Shown piece after piece: positions 41,381 through 55,365 of a stretch of 64,000 nucleotides of DNA (its first letter is position 1; each line of letters begins with the position of its first letter). A program made the position numbers and the translations under genes. The notes under the pieces are model-generated. The model had not been told where the DNA came from and did not search any database. It saw only the letters and a list, made by a program, of their open reading frames with translations. Where the stretch lies: positions 143,530,001 through 143,594,000 of the forward strand of contig NC_043000.1 in the NCBI RefSeq assembly GCF_006345805.1, given 5' to 3'. Source of the stretch: Octopus sinensis. Lineage: Eukaryota.

Positions 41381-42336
41381 ATAATAATATAATAATGAAA
41401 TTATTGTATACAGTGCTCAGGTGCACCACAACTTGTCAGAAAGTGCATATAAAGTACATGCAGTAATGTAGAAATGTCTGGAAAGTGAACAGTGTATGAG
41501 TCAGATACATGCTTGTGTGTGTATGGCGGGGAGAAAATCAAGTGTAGTGTTGGCGAATCTCAGGAAGCATGGAAGTTTTGAAGGATGCAGTGCTCCGACA
41601 ACTAACAACAGATGCCGGCAGTTTGTTCCATGCTTCAGCAACTCTCAGCGTGAAAGTCATGGGAGCTGTTCTGTTTTCTTACTTTGTAAATATGTCCACG
41701 GGTGTTAGATGGGTGGAGTTTGAAGAGGTGCTCAGAGTTATTGTTTGTGCGATGGTTGATAATTTTATGGGTGTCTGCCAAGTCAGCTGCCAGACGTCGG
41801 AGTTTCAATGTGTCCATGCCCAGGGAAGTAAGGCGTTCAGGATATGGCAAATGCCTGATGGAGGGTATTCTTTTGATTGCACGTCGCTGAACAGCTTCCA
41901 GACGACTGATGTTCTGGGCAAGATAGGGGTTCCAGACCGGTGATGCAAATTCCAGGTGAGGTCTTACCATAGCTATATAAAGCCGCAGATAGAAAGCCGG
42001 AGAGCGGCTCACAAAGGATTTGGTGAGTGATGCCAAGACACCCTCAGCCTTCTTGACAATTTTAGCGATGTGTTTTGTCCAACGCAAATCACTGTCGACA
42101 ATAACACCCAGGTCACGTTCACTTGAAGACTTTTTGAGACTAGTGTTGTGGAGGGAGTTGGTGGACGCTGGGTTTCTCCTCCCAAAATGCATGGTGGTAC
42201 ATTTGTCCACACCCAGCTTGAGTTGCCAGTCCATGATCCACTGCTGCATTGTGTCCAGGTCTGCTTGCAATAGAGATCCATAGTGTACAGGATTTGACCT
42301 CTTTATTTCGAGGTACAGCTTGATGTCATCTGCATA
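41378..42336 (-). mobile_element. 5'-truncated CR1-group LINE (RT C-terminal half, 3' UTR and (TTA)n-type tail)
   Basis: Open frame YADDIKLY..LQADLD..ERDLGVIVD..MVRPHLEFASPVWNPY..LEAVQRRA..YPERL..TRGH, then a frameshift to FTLRVAEAWNKLP. Inserted among (TA)n repeats. Confidence 0.93.
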
Positions 42337-42385
42337 TATACGTATATATAGATACGTACATACATACGCACACACACATATACAC

Positions 42386-42419
<34 letters not shown>

Positions 42420-42792
42420 GTCTTTACTAGATATTTGCATATCATGAATTGCAATCGTAATAAAACACCAGATGATTTTTTCCCGGTTTGAATGGTCTAG
42501 CGTTGTTAATTTTCTTTCTATGATTATTTAATTGTTCGTTCTTGTCTGGGCTATAAAAGGTTTCTTTTTCATTTTTTGTTGGTCGTAACTATTCATACCA
42601 ATATGTAATTCATGACGAAGAATCTAATTTTTCTTTCAAAAAGAATTTTTGGTTTTCATCTTTGGAATTAATTAGACTCGGAAACAATTTGTAAAATATA
42701 TATTGGTTTTGTACCAACTTGGATTTGAATTAATGATCGTCTACACTTATATATTTTCCCCTTTCCTTATACTTTACATATATACACATACA

Positions 42793-42872
42793 TACGACGG
42801 GCTTCTTTCAGTTTCTGTAAACCAAATCCACTACCGATGTTTGGCCGGCCAGGGGCTATAGCTGAAGACATT
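42793..42872 (-). mobile_element. SINE family B internal fragment
   Basis: tacgacgggcttctttcagtttc...accaaatccact...ggggctatagctgaagaca. Confidence 0.8.
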
Positions 42873-43879
42873 TATCACAGCCAGGCTTGCAGATAAATAA
42901 TTTCGGCAAAAATGTGATTTCGCATACAAAAAGCTAGTATATTTTACGAACATATTTGGATAGATGTTGCTTATATGCGTAATATTTTCTACACAAACAT
43001 GACATCATCAACATATTGTTACACTACGTGGTGGATTAGTGGAATTGTTGTATTTTGTATTCATTAATATCCACTAGTTATTTCCCTCTTTTCGAAATAG
43101 CAAAGATATATCTTTCATGGTAGGTTGAGATGGATTTATTTTATGCCCGGGAAAAAATAACTCTGCCTGTCAATGTGGTTGGTACACTGTAAATGATAGG
43201 ATACGTACCCGTTCATGTGTTTCTGCCTACATAATGAGTTTTCTAAATGTTTCTTTTAGAAAAAGTCTGAGTACATTTGATTCACATACAACAGCCGTAT
43301 TTTCAAGATTTTTTTAATTATTTAAGCAGACTGTTGTTTCCCCTAAGTATTCAGTTGGTACCCTCTGAGCTATAGCATATGGTAGTTCAAAGTCATTTCT
43401 ATTAAAGTAATGCATCTTTCACTTCCCTTTCAATTAACACTGATTCTCTCTGTATCAGTTTTGGTATAGGAATTTCGTATTAACAAATGACGGTTTTGAT
43501 GATCACGTACTGATCATCAAATATGTTGTATAATTACGCGCGCACACACATACACACACACACACACAAGTGTTACATTCTACAATAACACGTTTATGCC
43601 AATAATTATCAATGAAATTGGATATCTTAGTGATTAAGCGACAAAATGTAAAAGAAAGGATTGTTCAGGCAAAGAAAAACCTCTAATGTATGCAAAATGC
43701 TAGCACTAGAACATGTATGCATGTGTATAAAAATGCATAGCGGGCGTTGTGTGTTTGCGTTAGAGTATCTTTGTATGTGTGAGTGTGCGTGAGTGATGTG
43801 TATTTGATGTGCGTATATTTTAAAGTGCATGTTTGTGTGTATACGTGTATGCGCAATATGAAACTATTTGTAGAAATAA

Positions 43880-44294
43880 CAGGAGTGGCTGTGTGGTAAG
43901 TAGCTTGCTAACCAGCCACATGGTCCCGGGTTCAGTCCCACTGCGTGGCATCTTGGACAAGTGTCTTCTGCTATAGCCCCGGGCCGACCAATACCTTGTG
44001 AGTGGATTTGGTAGACGGAAACTGAAAGAAGCCTGTCGTATATATGTATATATATATGTATGTGTGTGTGTGTGTGTGTGTGTTTGTGTGTCTGTGTTTG
44101 TCCCCTAGCATTGCTTGACAACCGATGCTGGTGTGGTTATGTCCCCGTCACTTAGCGGTTCGGCAAAAGAGACCGATAGAATAAGTACTGGGCTTACAAA
44201 AAAGAATAAGTCCCGGGGTCGAGTTGCTCGATTAAAGGTGGTCCTCCAGCATGGCCGCAGTCAAAAGACTGAAACAAGTTAAAGAGTAAAAGAG
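43880..44294 (+). mobile_element. SINE family B, near full length
   Basis: Matches the 7948 and 13160 copies from head to aaagagtaaaagag tail. Confidence 0.92.
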
Positions 44295-45154
44295 AGGATG
44301 TATCATATGAACAGTTACTATTTAAACACTAGGTAAAAGGAAATAAAATGGAGACAAATATTGATTTTCAATATCATAAAAGTCCTTTTAAGGAATATTA
44401 TCCTCCGGAGGAATTTCCTCTGGAGGGATATTAAAACTATAATGATTATTCTTTTTATTGTTAAAGAACAATTTCAATTCACCATTATGGCTACGCGATA
44501 TTAATATATCAATATCGAAAAGGGAAGCGTAATAACGGCCTGCAAATTGTTGAAATGTAATAGGTATAACGATATTTCTGATCATAAACATTATCAAACG
44601 CATACTTATATACTTAATCATACACACACATGCACAAAAACACACAACACACACACACAGACACACAAACACACACACATACATATGTGGGAAAAATAAA
44701 TTCCAAAAAGAACAATTCAAACTTTTTGAGAAGTCCAACAACAGTGAAAGAATGATTTCTAATAAAGATTCATCATATTTATAGAGAAAAAAACAGCCAG
44801 AGCAAGTCGTAGATATATGAAAATAGTTGTTGAAAAATATTTTTATAGGTATAAATATATCATAAACAATTATAGAAATATGGAGGGGAAAAAGATGTTA
44901 CATCCAAATTAGATTTAATACAAAATAGGATTCAATACATACGCGTGTTTCAAAGGACAATACAAATATGTAAGAAAAAATTATAATCATTGTAATTATA
45001 TTTATAATTATATTTATGCATTGCCCATGCTCATCAGTGTGAAGAATCTTTGGAAGGTCATACATATATTCATACATACACACAAACACACGCATATTTG
45101 TACATATGTATCTATATATATATGTGCATAGATACACGTATATGTGTTTGTATA

Positions 45155-45190
<36 letters not shown>

Positions 45191-45193
<3 letters not shown>

Positions 45194-45720
45194 TTGTGCA
45201 TGTCTGTGGTTACTTAAACGTAAATGGTGTGTTGGTTAATAATGACAAATTATATTTCCAGGCTTTGTTTTTACGGCAAGAATGCATCATAAAGACTACA
45301 AGATAGAACTAACGTGAGCTCACATTTACAGAGAGGGAGAGAGAGGGAGAGAGAGATGGAAGGAGAGAAAGGTATATATGTATATATATGTATATGTACA
45401 TATGGACATATATATATATATATATATCTTTATATATATATATTATATATATATATATACATTTGTGCATGTCTGTGGTTACTTAAACGTAAATGGTGTG
45501 TTGGTTAATAATGACAAATTATATTTCCAGGCTTTGTTTTTACGGCAAGAATGCATCATAAAGACTACAAGATAGAACTAACGTGAGCTCACATTTACAG
45601 AGAGGGAGAGAGAGGGAGAGAGAGATGGAAGGAGAGAAAGGTATATATGTATATATATGTATATGTACATATGGACATATATATATATATATATATCTTT
45701 ATATATATATATATATATAC
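45191..45720. repeat. Tandem duplication, 269-bp period
   Basis: catttgtgcatgtctgtgg.. starts at 45191 and again at 45460; the non-microsatellite portions look identical. Confidence 0.93.
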
Positions 45721-46579
45721 ATATGCCTATATATATATATATATATATATACGCTCATGGAAGTAACAGAGTATTTTAAGAAATGAATAAATATTCACGG
45801 GCAAAATGTATAGAATGCTGAAACTTAATTTCATATATTCTGTAATTTCAAATATTTTCTAATTTCAGACATTCAGTAAAGAATATTCTCTTAGCAATTA
45901 TAGAATTGCAATACAAAAACTCACAATTTAAATTGAATTCCTTTTATTCATTTTTATGAAAATAATTAGTAATTATCAGAATTGAAGAATAAAGAAAAAT
46001 ATATGAAGGGAAGTCAAATGGAAGTGGAAAGAGTGTGGTATTTTATTTGTGATTTCAGAAAACAATGGTTGCTAATAAGATCGTTAGTTTTCTTGAGTTT
46101 TTACAGTTGTTCCTCTGTTGTATTGTATATAAGTTTGGTTCGTTCTTTCTGTTTGTCAGAACGTGCGCTTTTTGTTACACTGACACAACCACGAGTCACA
46201 CACACGCACAGATGTATACATACAGATATTAAGACATATAATTATTGAATGAAATTTTCAAATCTTGTGAAATGCATTGTAAAGAATTATATGTGTTCTT
46301 CAAATTTTTGATGGGATTTCAAATTTTTTAAATTGTATTTTCTTGCTACGTAATCCGAGATAACTCTACGTATGTCCTCCCACGTTTGCCTTTATGGATT
46401 ATTCTTTCTGAAATATAGTTTCCTAATATCATGATTTCACAAGATTGCCATTTGATTATATACATTATGAAATATAAAATAGCATTTAGTAATGCTTTAC
46501 AACACACCTATTCCCAGGTAACAGGTATTTATTGAATTGCATTTTATTCTTATTGTGGTTATTATGTGAATATTCGAAA

Positions 46580-46760
46580 TTACTTTTTTCTTTAACAAAT
46601 TGTGACAGAAAAAAACTTTCATGATGTGCTGAAAAATCATGGGCCTCTTCCGGAAAGCCTTTCATAAATTTGGAGCATAAAACCGTGGTGACAGATTTTA
46701 ATGAAGGCATCGCAGTATTGGGAAATATATTTGAAGTATTCGAAGAAAAACAATGGCGAA
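46580..46760 (+). mobile_element. Possible ancient mariner transposase fragment
   Basis: Broken motifs QIVT-EK and KSWASSGKP resemble the mariner IVTGDEKW...KSW..PG region. Confidence 0.35.
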
Positions 46761-47164
46761 AATATCTAACATTTTCTTTAATGGAGAAACAATGTCATAT
46801 TAACGGTTCAGTCGGTAATATCAGTTTTATTCTTGGCTGTTTCTTGATACTAACCGAGAGGGACAGGTCTCTAATCTAAGTATCTATTGTGCAAGTGTTT
46901 AAAAATGACCGAGTGTTTTCCTTGACTCTAACACTGATTTGATGTTATTCTAATACATTTTCATTCTAAATTCTGTTGGTGTAGTCCTCTGTGTGATATT
47001 TAGCAAAATGTGAGACATATTGTAGTTTTAAGAGAATACCTTCATTTCATTTCTTTTTAACACATGTCAGACCATGTCTTCCCCAACGGATCGGCCTTTA
47101 GATCAGAACTTTAGATCAGGATCGGTCTTTAGATCAGGACAGAGTTCTGCATTATTTGGAGTAT

Positions 47165-47575
47165 TTTGTAATGTCTTGATAGACGAAGTTTTTTGTTTGT
47201 CCATCTGCTGCTAAGATGTAAAGATTTTTCTTACTTCCTACACTCGAACATCCAACGTCATGATGACTATGGGTGAAGTTCTTCGAGATGTGAACTGGCA
47301 ACCGAAACTGATTTCTTTTGCGAAACGTTGATAGCCTTGGCTTAGTTAATGCTGTTGGAAATGAAGATCGTTTGAATTGAAATGGAACATCACCTGTTGG
47401 GTCCGATACGACGGACGCTCTTCTCCACTAATCATCTAATACATGCATCTCCTCAGATTGTTCGAAGGAGGCTCCTGTTCGCATATCATCAAATCTCTGC
47501 CTTCGCTTGTCCGTTGTCTCCTGAGGTCGCTGCCGATGATTTGTGACGCTCTTTCGAATGTCGCCCTAATGAAAT
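47165..47575 (-). mobile_element. Internally deleted Helitron: N-terminal charged repeat joined to the Pif1-type helicase C-terminus
   Basis: Minus 47445-47560 gives RQRPQETTDKRRQRFDDMR. Minus 47170-47400 gives DVPFQFKR..FP..FTHSHHDVGCSSVGSKKNLYILAADGQTKNFVYQDI, similar to the Helitron end FQFKRxQFP..FSHGQLYVACSRVG..T.N.VY. The element probably extends over about 46850-48320. Confidence 0.75.
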
Positions 47576-48203
47576 TCCTTACACATAGACATACATCCAC
47601 ACTGATACACACAACACACACAAATATATTGACAGTGAGAAATATATAGAAATATATATATAAAGAATTAAAGAGATTGTGGTGAATATCTATATTGAGA
47701 ATGGAAATCACAATAAGATATGCGTAAAAGATTGCAAGAGACAATATAAAGCGACAATAGATATATTGATAAACAGACGCGTTTGTCTCATGTGACTGAT
47801 TTGCATTACATGCCTTATCAAGACAGAGAACCGCATAAGTGAGAGATATACATATAGAAAAAGGGAGTGAAAGAGAGTGTAGTAAATATATATCGTGAGG
47901 GTGAGGTTTACAACGATAAAAGCTTAAAAGACAGACAAACATAGACAAATAGAGAGAAGTACGTAGACAGACGCGCTTGTCTCTAGTGATTGACGTGTAT
48001 TACATTACATATGAAGACAGAGAGAGAGAGGGAGAGAGAGAGAGAATGAAGGGAAGCATGCGTGAGGGAAATATATATATATACAGATAAAGAGTGTGAG
48101 TGTGTGTGTGTTAAATATTCACAGAGAAAGGAAAAACAGAGAGACAGAGAGAGGTAGTTATACAATTAGAAAGAGATAAATAGAGAAATGGGGAGAGAGA
48201 GAA

Positions 48204-48263
<60 letters not shown>

Positions 48264-48307
48264 GTAACAGTTAAAAGACGAGATACAGACAGAAAAGTAC
48301 AGACATG

Positions 48308-48347
48308 GAATGTATATAGAAGCCGATGATGGCTTCTATATACATTC
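48308..48347. repeat. Perfect 17-bp-stem hairpin
   Basis: gaatgtatatagaagcc-gatgat-ggcttctatatacattc. Confidence 0.9.
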
Positions 48348-50559
48348 AATGTTGGGTGAATCATTTTTTATATGAACTTATATCTTTTGATTATTATTAA
48401 GCAAAAACCCTTCTCGTTGATAGGCAGATTTCAAAAATTAAATCCGTTTCGTCCTTGGACGCATCTTTTCTGAGCCTTTCGCTGGCATACTCTTATGACA
48501 CAATTTTTATTTATATAGTAGGTTACAGTTCCTTTATTAACGTCATGAAGGAGAGAGATGATTATCAGTTATCTATATTCTTCATGTACTAAGTATTACG
48601 GTCAAGTCTTTGCACTGGAATGAAATGTTTTGCTCTTGTGAAAAACAATATATTAGTCTATTTCATACTGCAGTGTTTCGTCAATTCTGATAGCAATGTC
48701 TGTACCATTGACATGAAGCCTCATATTCTGGAGGCAAGGTAGACGATATGAAATCAGCATTTACATTGTAGTGGTTATTTTACTATACCGTAATAGTGCT
48801 TTTAACAATACAATATCAAAACCGCTAATAAATATTTTTATAACGACTGAAATGTTTATATTCAGGGAGACGAGGACGTGAGAGAGAGAGAGGTTCAGAG
48901 ATAGTAGAAAAATAAATATGAGCGACATTTTTCATCATATAGATATACTAAATATAACCTGAAGTTACACTTTAACAGTGTGTTCTAGGTGTTCCAGGTC
49001 GTTATCAAATTGTTTTTCAATTCCGTTGTAAACCTCGTATCTAATATTATTACACGCAAGATAAACGTTTATAAAACAAATATATAACTTAATCATGTAG
49101 AACTAACATACAGACAACTTTATTGTAGTCACCTTGGTAAAGCATTGTTAACTTGAAGTAGAGAAAATTGTTTATATTTGATAATATTATTATCTTGTAT
49201 ATTTATGACAAATGTTTGACTATCCCAGATTTTTTCGTGACTGTGATTTATGAATAATCTAATAAATATAAAATTTTGATGGCTATAAATTACTGGAAAT
49301 GTGTTGTAACACTTATAATGTCTAGTTTCAAATACATACACTTACATACGTATACACAGAAAAATATATAAAAAAAAGCAAAAAGAAAAACAAAAAGGAT
49401 CTGTTAGTTTAAAAGGCATAGACGATTGAATCAGTCGCAGTTCTCCTAGTATAGACGATTGACACAACAATAAAAATGGCTTACTAACTTCCATACAATA
49501 AGTGTAATATAACCTCTTCTCATGTAGGACATTCTCTCTTGTTTAGGGATATTATGTATGGTTTATTAAAATCTAATTACGGAACAAATTATTTGTTTGA
49601 AGTGTAAACTGTTCTAGATCCAACGCACTCACAAAATTTCTGTTTTGTTTAACTTAGTTATGTTTCGCCGAATTCTCATTCTATATACCAAAAGTGTATA
49701 GAATCTCATACTTCTGTATTTCCCATTAATGTTATCTAACTATTCCACAAACATTGCTTTGCTCGTATGTTTTCCCACTATCACTTTTGTAAGGTGGTAT
49801 ATAATTTAAAGAAAAATGTGTACGTTTTCGACATAAATACCGTGAACAAATAACGGCCGAGTTGATAACTATTTACAACCTCATTGGCTGTAAGTAGTTT
49901 GTATTCACTGTGCTCAATAACACTGCATTCGCAGAAACATTGAACACACGTATCTCAAAAGCAGCTCCGTTCGACACGTTTTAATGAAATTACACACGTG
50001 GAATAGCCCATCGTTGTTGTCAGCAGGACTAATGTAAAATTAAATATTACTTCGTTAGCTTGTAGAAAGTTTGGATCCTTCTACGAGTTTGAGCTCTGAC
50101 ATACAGGCAAACATCATATCCCTAATTACGATTCTGTCACTGTTGAAATAAAATTTTCAATAAATGAGTTATGGGTTGTTATTAGGTATACTGCACAATT
50201 ACTAAGTCTTAATTATCTCATACATGTGTAATAATACAATAACTATTGGAACACATTTCAGTTAATTCAATATATGATAACACTTGCAACAATAACGCAG
50301 AGTTAGCATATGATGGCCTACTTTTCAAGAGACAAACGCGTAGTGATTTCCAATGAAAACAGTTCTGAAGAGAAAGGGGTGCGTAAAACTATCCATACAA
50401 AACAGAGTTCCTTGAAGAACAGCACGCGCATACAGGCATTTAGTTGTACGTGCGTAAACACAAGCACATACTCACGCTCAAGCATGTGTTTAAATGCAAA
50501 GCACTGCATCAGTAATTTGTATCTCTGATGGTTTGTACACATACATTCATACACACACA

Positions 50560-50652
50560 CCATATATATATATATATACATACATACATATATATATATG
50601 TATATATATATGTATATATATATATGTGTATATATATATGTATATATATGAA

Positions 50653-50705
<53 letters not shown>

Positions 50706-50745
50706 GTTTGTATGTATATATGTATGTATAAATATATATGTATAT

Positions 50746-50837
<92 letters not shown>
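50560..50837. repeat. Long imperfect (TA)n microsatellite; representative of many similar tracts (3242, 7153, 15085, 20085, 20970, 26272, 33285, 40420, 41148, 62745)
   Basis: Direct inspection. Confidence 0.95.
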
Positions 50838-50842
<5 letters not shown>

Positions 50843-53800
50843 GGCTCATGTATTCTTAATCATAGGTGTGATTATGATTGTATGCATGTGTGTATGTTAC
50901 TTGCCCTAATGGTCTGTTCTCAATTCTCAATCTCTTTTCCTATTTGTTCTTTGTCACTCAATATATTTCTCCATTACATTCAGAGTAAACAATTTGCATT
51001 GTTACATCTTGTCACATGAGGCAAATTACTTCACGCAAACAATACGAAGAAGAATTCCGACAGCACCAGCAGTAACATCTACATCACCAATATATCATTA
51101 TTACCACTTGCAAGAACTGCTAAATATAATCAATATATTATTGATTCCGATATTCAATTTCGCAGATCGACGTTTAAGCTAAGAAAATAATCCATTACTT
51201 GAACGTCATGCATGAAATATGGCTGCCATTGCTAGCACAAGCTGCTGTTCTTGTTCACATTTTTTTTCGTTTACTTCTGCTTTCGTTCCTTTCAATGTGT
51301 CTTCATCCCGTACTACCCTCACCGCCTCACCTATCTATCATTATGGCTTTCTTTAATTCCCTGACTCATTTGTCTTTACATGTTTCTATACTTTTTTTTC
51401 TTTTCTTCTTATACCGTACATTCTAATATTGTTCTCCGCATTGTTAGTATTGACGTTTAGTTTGACTTGATTCTACAGTTACAACTGTCACTATTGTTGT
51501 TTGAAAGGAAGAATCTCTAAAACATCGGATAAAATGTTATGCTGTACTCGTTCGAGATCTTTACGTTGTACGCTCAAATCCTTCATAAAACTTAGAATCG
51601 TAAGTTTTCGGAGTACAGTAATCGAGCGCCAGCCAAGAACTGAAGTCTATTCTCTCTAGTAAGGGTATGGCATAATTTTATTTTTCCTTAAAAATTGTTT
51701 GCGTTTTATACAGTATGACGTATTTATTATATGTAAGTAAAGAAATACCAGCAAGAAACTAGATGCTTGAATCTTCGTAAAAATATGAATAAATAAAATT
51801 TCTGAAATTATGTTTGAATATACGAAATGAATCCTGAATAGAAGGAAAGAGAAATGCTTTTCAGGAACCAATAAACAAAAGAAAGTTCAATGTATCAAAA
51901 ATATACTGTCACAGGTAGTTAGATTTTACACTTGAGGGTACAAATGTTAGCATCATAAAGGTATATCTTAGTAACAACAGTGACAGCAAGCTGTGCAATA
52001 AGTGAGGGAAAATAAACATTGAATGCTAAGGAAAGACTATACTTTTTCTGCACTCCCTGAAACGGATAAGGATATCTGAATGCAACGAACTGTTGGAAAT
52101 GCGTTCAATTGATCGGGATAGTTTGTCTTTAAAACCGAAGACTATATGAGAAATTAAGCTAAACTAGTACGTCACACTTACAACTAGGATAGTGATGCAA
52201 TCACGTGACGTGTCGCAGCAATTGACGCTGCTATCATTGTTGACCCTCATATTGTTGTCACCGTGGAAGCATAAAGGTCATATGATGTGTACCCATGTGA
52301 CATGGAATCACATATGACATGGTGGTTCCATGGATGTGCAATTCTCTAGTCCCTCGAACAATACAAATGAATCCAAGCGCAAAACTGAATCGAGAATGTG
52401 AATAAAAAATGTGATAAAGCGAGATGCCTAATAGAGAAAGATCTGTGATGTATGTTGTGCTACGAGTGAATTAAGAGGTGTATGTTCTTGGGAACTGGAA
52501 ATGCAGGGAACTGGAAATGAAAGGTAGTGGATAAACCGATATACAAATACAACAGAGGTTGATATGTTTTAAAAATAGCGTTAATTACAGTGTGGAGATT
52601 AGTTAAAGAAACGACTGAGTTCCCAGTGTTCGAGGTCATCGAGGACCCTCATCCCAACGTTTAGGACCGTCCTGCAGTCTTGAAACGGTAGAAAGGTGAC
52701 GGCAACCTTAAGGAAAAATATTAAATCCCTACCATTGAAAACTGAAAGTCTACCAAAACATTAAGCACACAAGACATTGAAAAGCCAGTGAAAATTTGGT
52801 GAATAGTCGAACAATATAAGAGCAGACAAACGAGTTTTAATTTCAGATAAAAGAAAAATTATTCTTCAATTATGTGGAATATGGGAGAAAAAAACTGCTA
52901 ATAACCACCAGTCTCAAAATTATGATGTGTTTTAAGTTATCACTCAGGAAGATGTGTACTTTTTCCTTTCAATCCTAAGCTAGGGCCTACGGATATTTTT
53001 GTGATTAAATAATTTGAAATTATTGTGATTAATAATTTACCGGAGTAAACCTTGGTGAAGGTTTATGACCTCTAATGTAAATTGCATGTTCAATATTGTA
53101 TTGTTTAAAATATTTTCGCTTATAACTGCTAGAGATTTCTATACTGCCAAATATTTAACAACTCAATTCTCCTCACAATTATTAATGTACCCCAACGTAC
53201 TGATATATTTTATATCATATTTTTTTACGTATGAATGTTGCCCGGTGGCAAAATAACAGAAAGAAATGTAATTATTAATCTTCCTACTCACAAGGGTCTT
53301 AGTTATGATATGGTTGTAATGACGAACGAATATGTTTTGGAGGATTTTCAGTTGAAGGACTTTGGTCAGCTTCTCCGACACCTTGCCTTTAGGGAGGAAG
53401 AACTCGTATATTTCCCATAAACTGTATATGGAAAGGGATTTTAAATGTGTAACGCTTTTACGTACGGACAGCGTTCATTCTCTCAGGGAAAGCACTGTTA
53501 AAAGAGTAGTGGGAGTAACAGAGGTGCAATGAATTTGTGTGTGTGTTTGTGTGTATGTGTGTGCGTTTGTGTGTGTGTGTGTGTGTGTGTTTGTGAGTGT
53601 ATTTGCGTGTGCAAAATGCACCCACTGAATAAGCTGAAAGCAATCATTATATTTATGACCTATTGTCGTAGCATGTTTGCAGATTCTCAACATTAGACAC
53701 CCAGCTGTGGTTAATCAGGCTCACAGGGAAGTCACAGATATGCCCTTTTAGTCCCAAATATAATGGTGAATTTCTCTGCCCGTCCGCTCACGGAATGAAG

Positions 53801-54574
53801 GGTTAAGCACAAATGATTTGAAATGTTTTTAAGGTGGATTTCTTGCAAAGCCTTTCCGTCCCACGTCTATAGTCTTATTGGGAGTCTTGCATCCACTTTA
53901 ATTACACCCTCTACCGTTTCCTAGCATTAATGCACGTTTAAACAAGTTGGATACCTTAGAGACGATGCTCATGTCTAACCGGAGAGATGTTCTTAGAAAG
54001 TGCTGTAGAAAAGCATCAACCTACTCAGAATGATGTGCAGACAACAATAAAAGGCCGCACAATTTGTGCCTGTCATTGTTATTACCTCTGCCTTCGCGAA
54101 GGCGGAGGTATTGTTTTCAGTCGTGTTTCTTTGTTTAATTGTCGTGGACAAGATATCTCAAGAAGAGCTGGATGGTTTCGGATGAACTTATCAGGGATTT
54201 TGGCAGCATGACTGGCAGGAAGTTTTCAGATTTGGGGATGGATACGGTGCCGGACAAGGATTTTGGATTATTTGTTATATTTACTTTACTTTACGTAATT
54301 AGGATCTTCCGGCGACTTTCAAGTATTTTTCAATTATCTCCCATTAGGATGTTTCCAAAATTTCATTTTCGTTTCTCTATTATTACTACTCGCGGTTCTA
54401 TCTTAGTAGAATCTAATGGATAAAGAAATCAAACTACTTAAACAAACGTTAGCAAGAGGGTTCAGAAATTAAATAACATTAACATATTTTTATAATATGT
54501 ATATTATGTATTATACATACATATTAATACTTTACACTATACTTACATACACATACATATATACATACATCTAA

Positions 54575-54868
54575 TACAGTTCTATATTTAAGAGATGCGG
54601 AATTACGTACATTATTTACAATTGACGGATATTTGTTTTCATCTTGTTTGTTGTTAACACAACGTTTCGGCTGATATACCCTCCAGCCTTCTTCAGGTGT
54701 CTTGGGAAAATTTTGAACCTGGGTTCTCTTTCCTCAGGTATTTTTCGATGTTGTTGTTATTATTATTATTTAGGTCACTGCATGGAGTGTATATCAGCCG
54801 AAACGTTGTGTTAACAACAAACAAGATGAGGACAAATATCCGTCAATTGAAAATAATGTAAATGATGT
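54575..54868 (-). mobile_element. Short Penelope-derived insertion with inverted pseudo-LTR and 14-bp TSD, nested in the Helentron-like element
   Basis: atacatacatctaa at 54561-54574 and 54869-54882. About 54607-54685 and 54783-54868 are inverted copies. Same family as 27329-27415. Confidence 0.8.
54656..54701 (-). ncRNA. Minimal type I hammerhead ribozyme candidate
   Basis: Minus reads gacac-CTGAAGA-a-ggctgg(agggtata)tcagcc-GAAAC-GTT-gtgtt; it differs from the 27329 copy only at the variable core N7 position and one loop base. Confidence 0.7.
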
Positions 54869-55365
54869 ATACATACATCTAAATATCCATCTAAAACAAG
54901 AGGAATACTAAAGGAAGGCTGGAATTTAAGAGAAGAGAAAACCAAACAATCTCATGTTATTCATTTAAAAATGAGTAGAACGTATTATTAAAATGTTCCG
55001 CCTTTGAAACTATTTTGAATGATTAATTTGTTAACTTTAGTTTGTATTACATAAGGATGAATTTTTATTACGGTTACTAAATTTTCTACAGCCATCTTCA
55101 AATTCCATGACTACCATTGTGATCAATCAGGTATCGGACAAAGACACGAGATTATTTTTCCGGTTTTAAGCTTAATTTTTGAAAGTGGCGGTTTCATTGT
55201 TTGTATTCTCGTTTGTGAGAGCAGTCGAGTTTATTTCAGATATTCCCATTTTAAAAAATCATTTCTGAATTATCGTTGAGATGACGTTGGTGTTGCCTTG
55301 GCGGAGGTTTGCGCGCTATGTGTTCACTTGTTACTATTATTTTGAGTTTGTTGGAGCATTTTGTA

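Larger units (their letters stand above)
54079..55332 (+). mobile_element. Helentron/HINE (DINE-1-like) non-autonomous element
   Basis: Starts ttattacctctgccttcgcgaaggcggaggta (subterminal repeat in a hairpin) and ends ccttggcggaggtttgcgcgctatgtgttcacttgtt (second subterminal repeat plus decayed 3' stem-loop), with T-rich ends. Confidence 0.7.

Noticed and set aside
48400-50150. Possible ancient DNA-transposase remnants (minus TRAKHFIP, DTCVQC)
   Set aside because: Only very short motifs; no terminal repeats or continuous frame seen.
53235-53420. 61-aa ORF with ordinary composition as a possible host exon
   Set aside because: No recognisable domain and no partner exons; cannot be supported without RNA-seq or homology.
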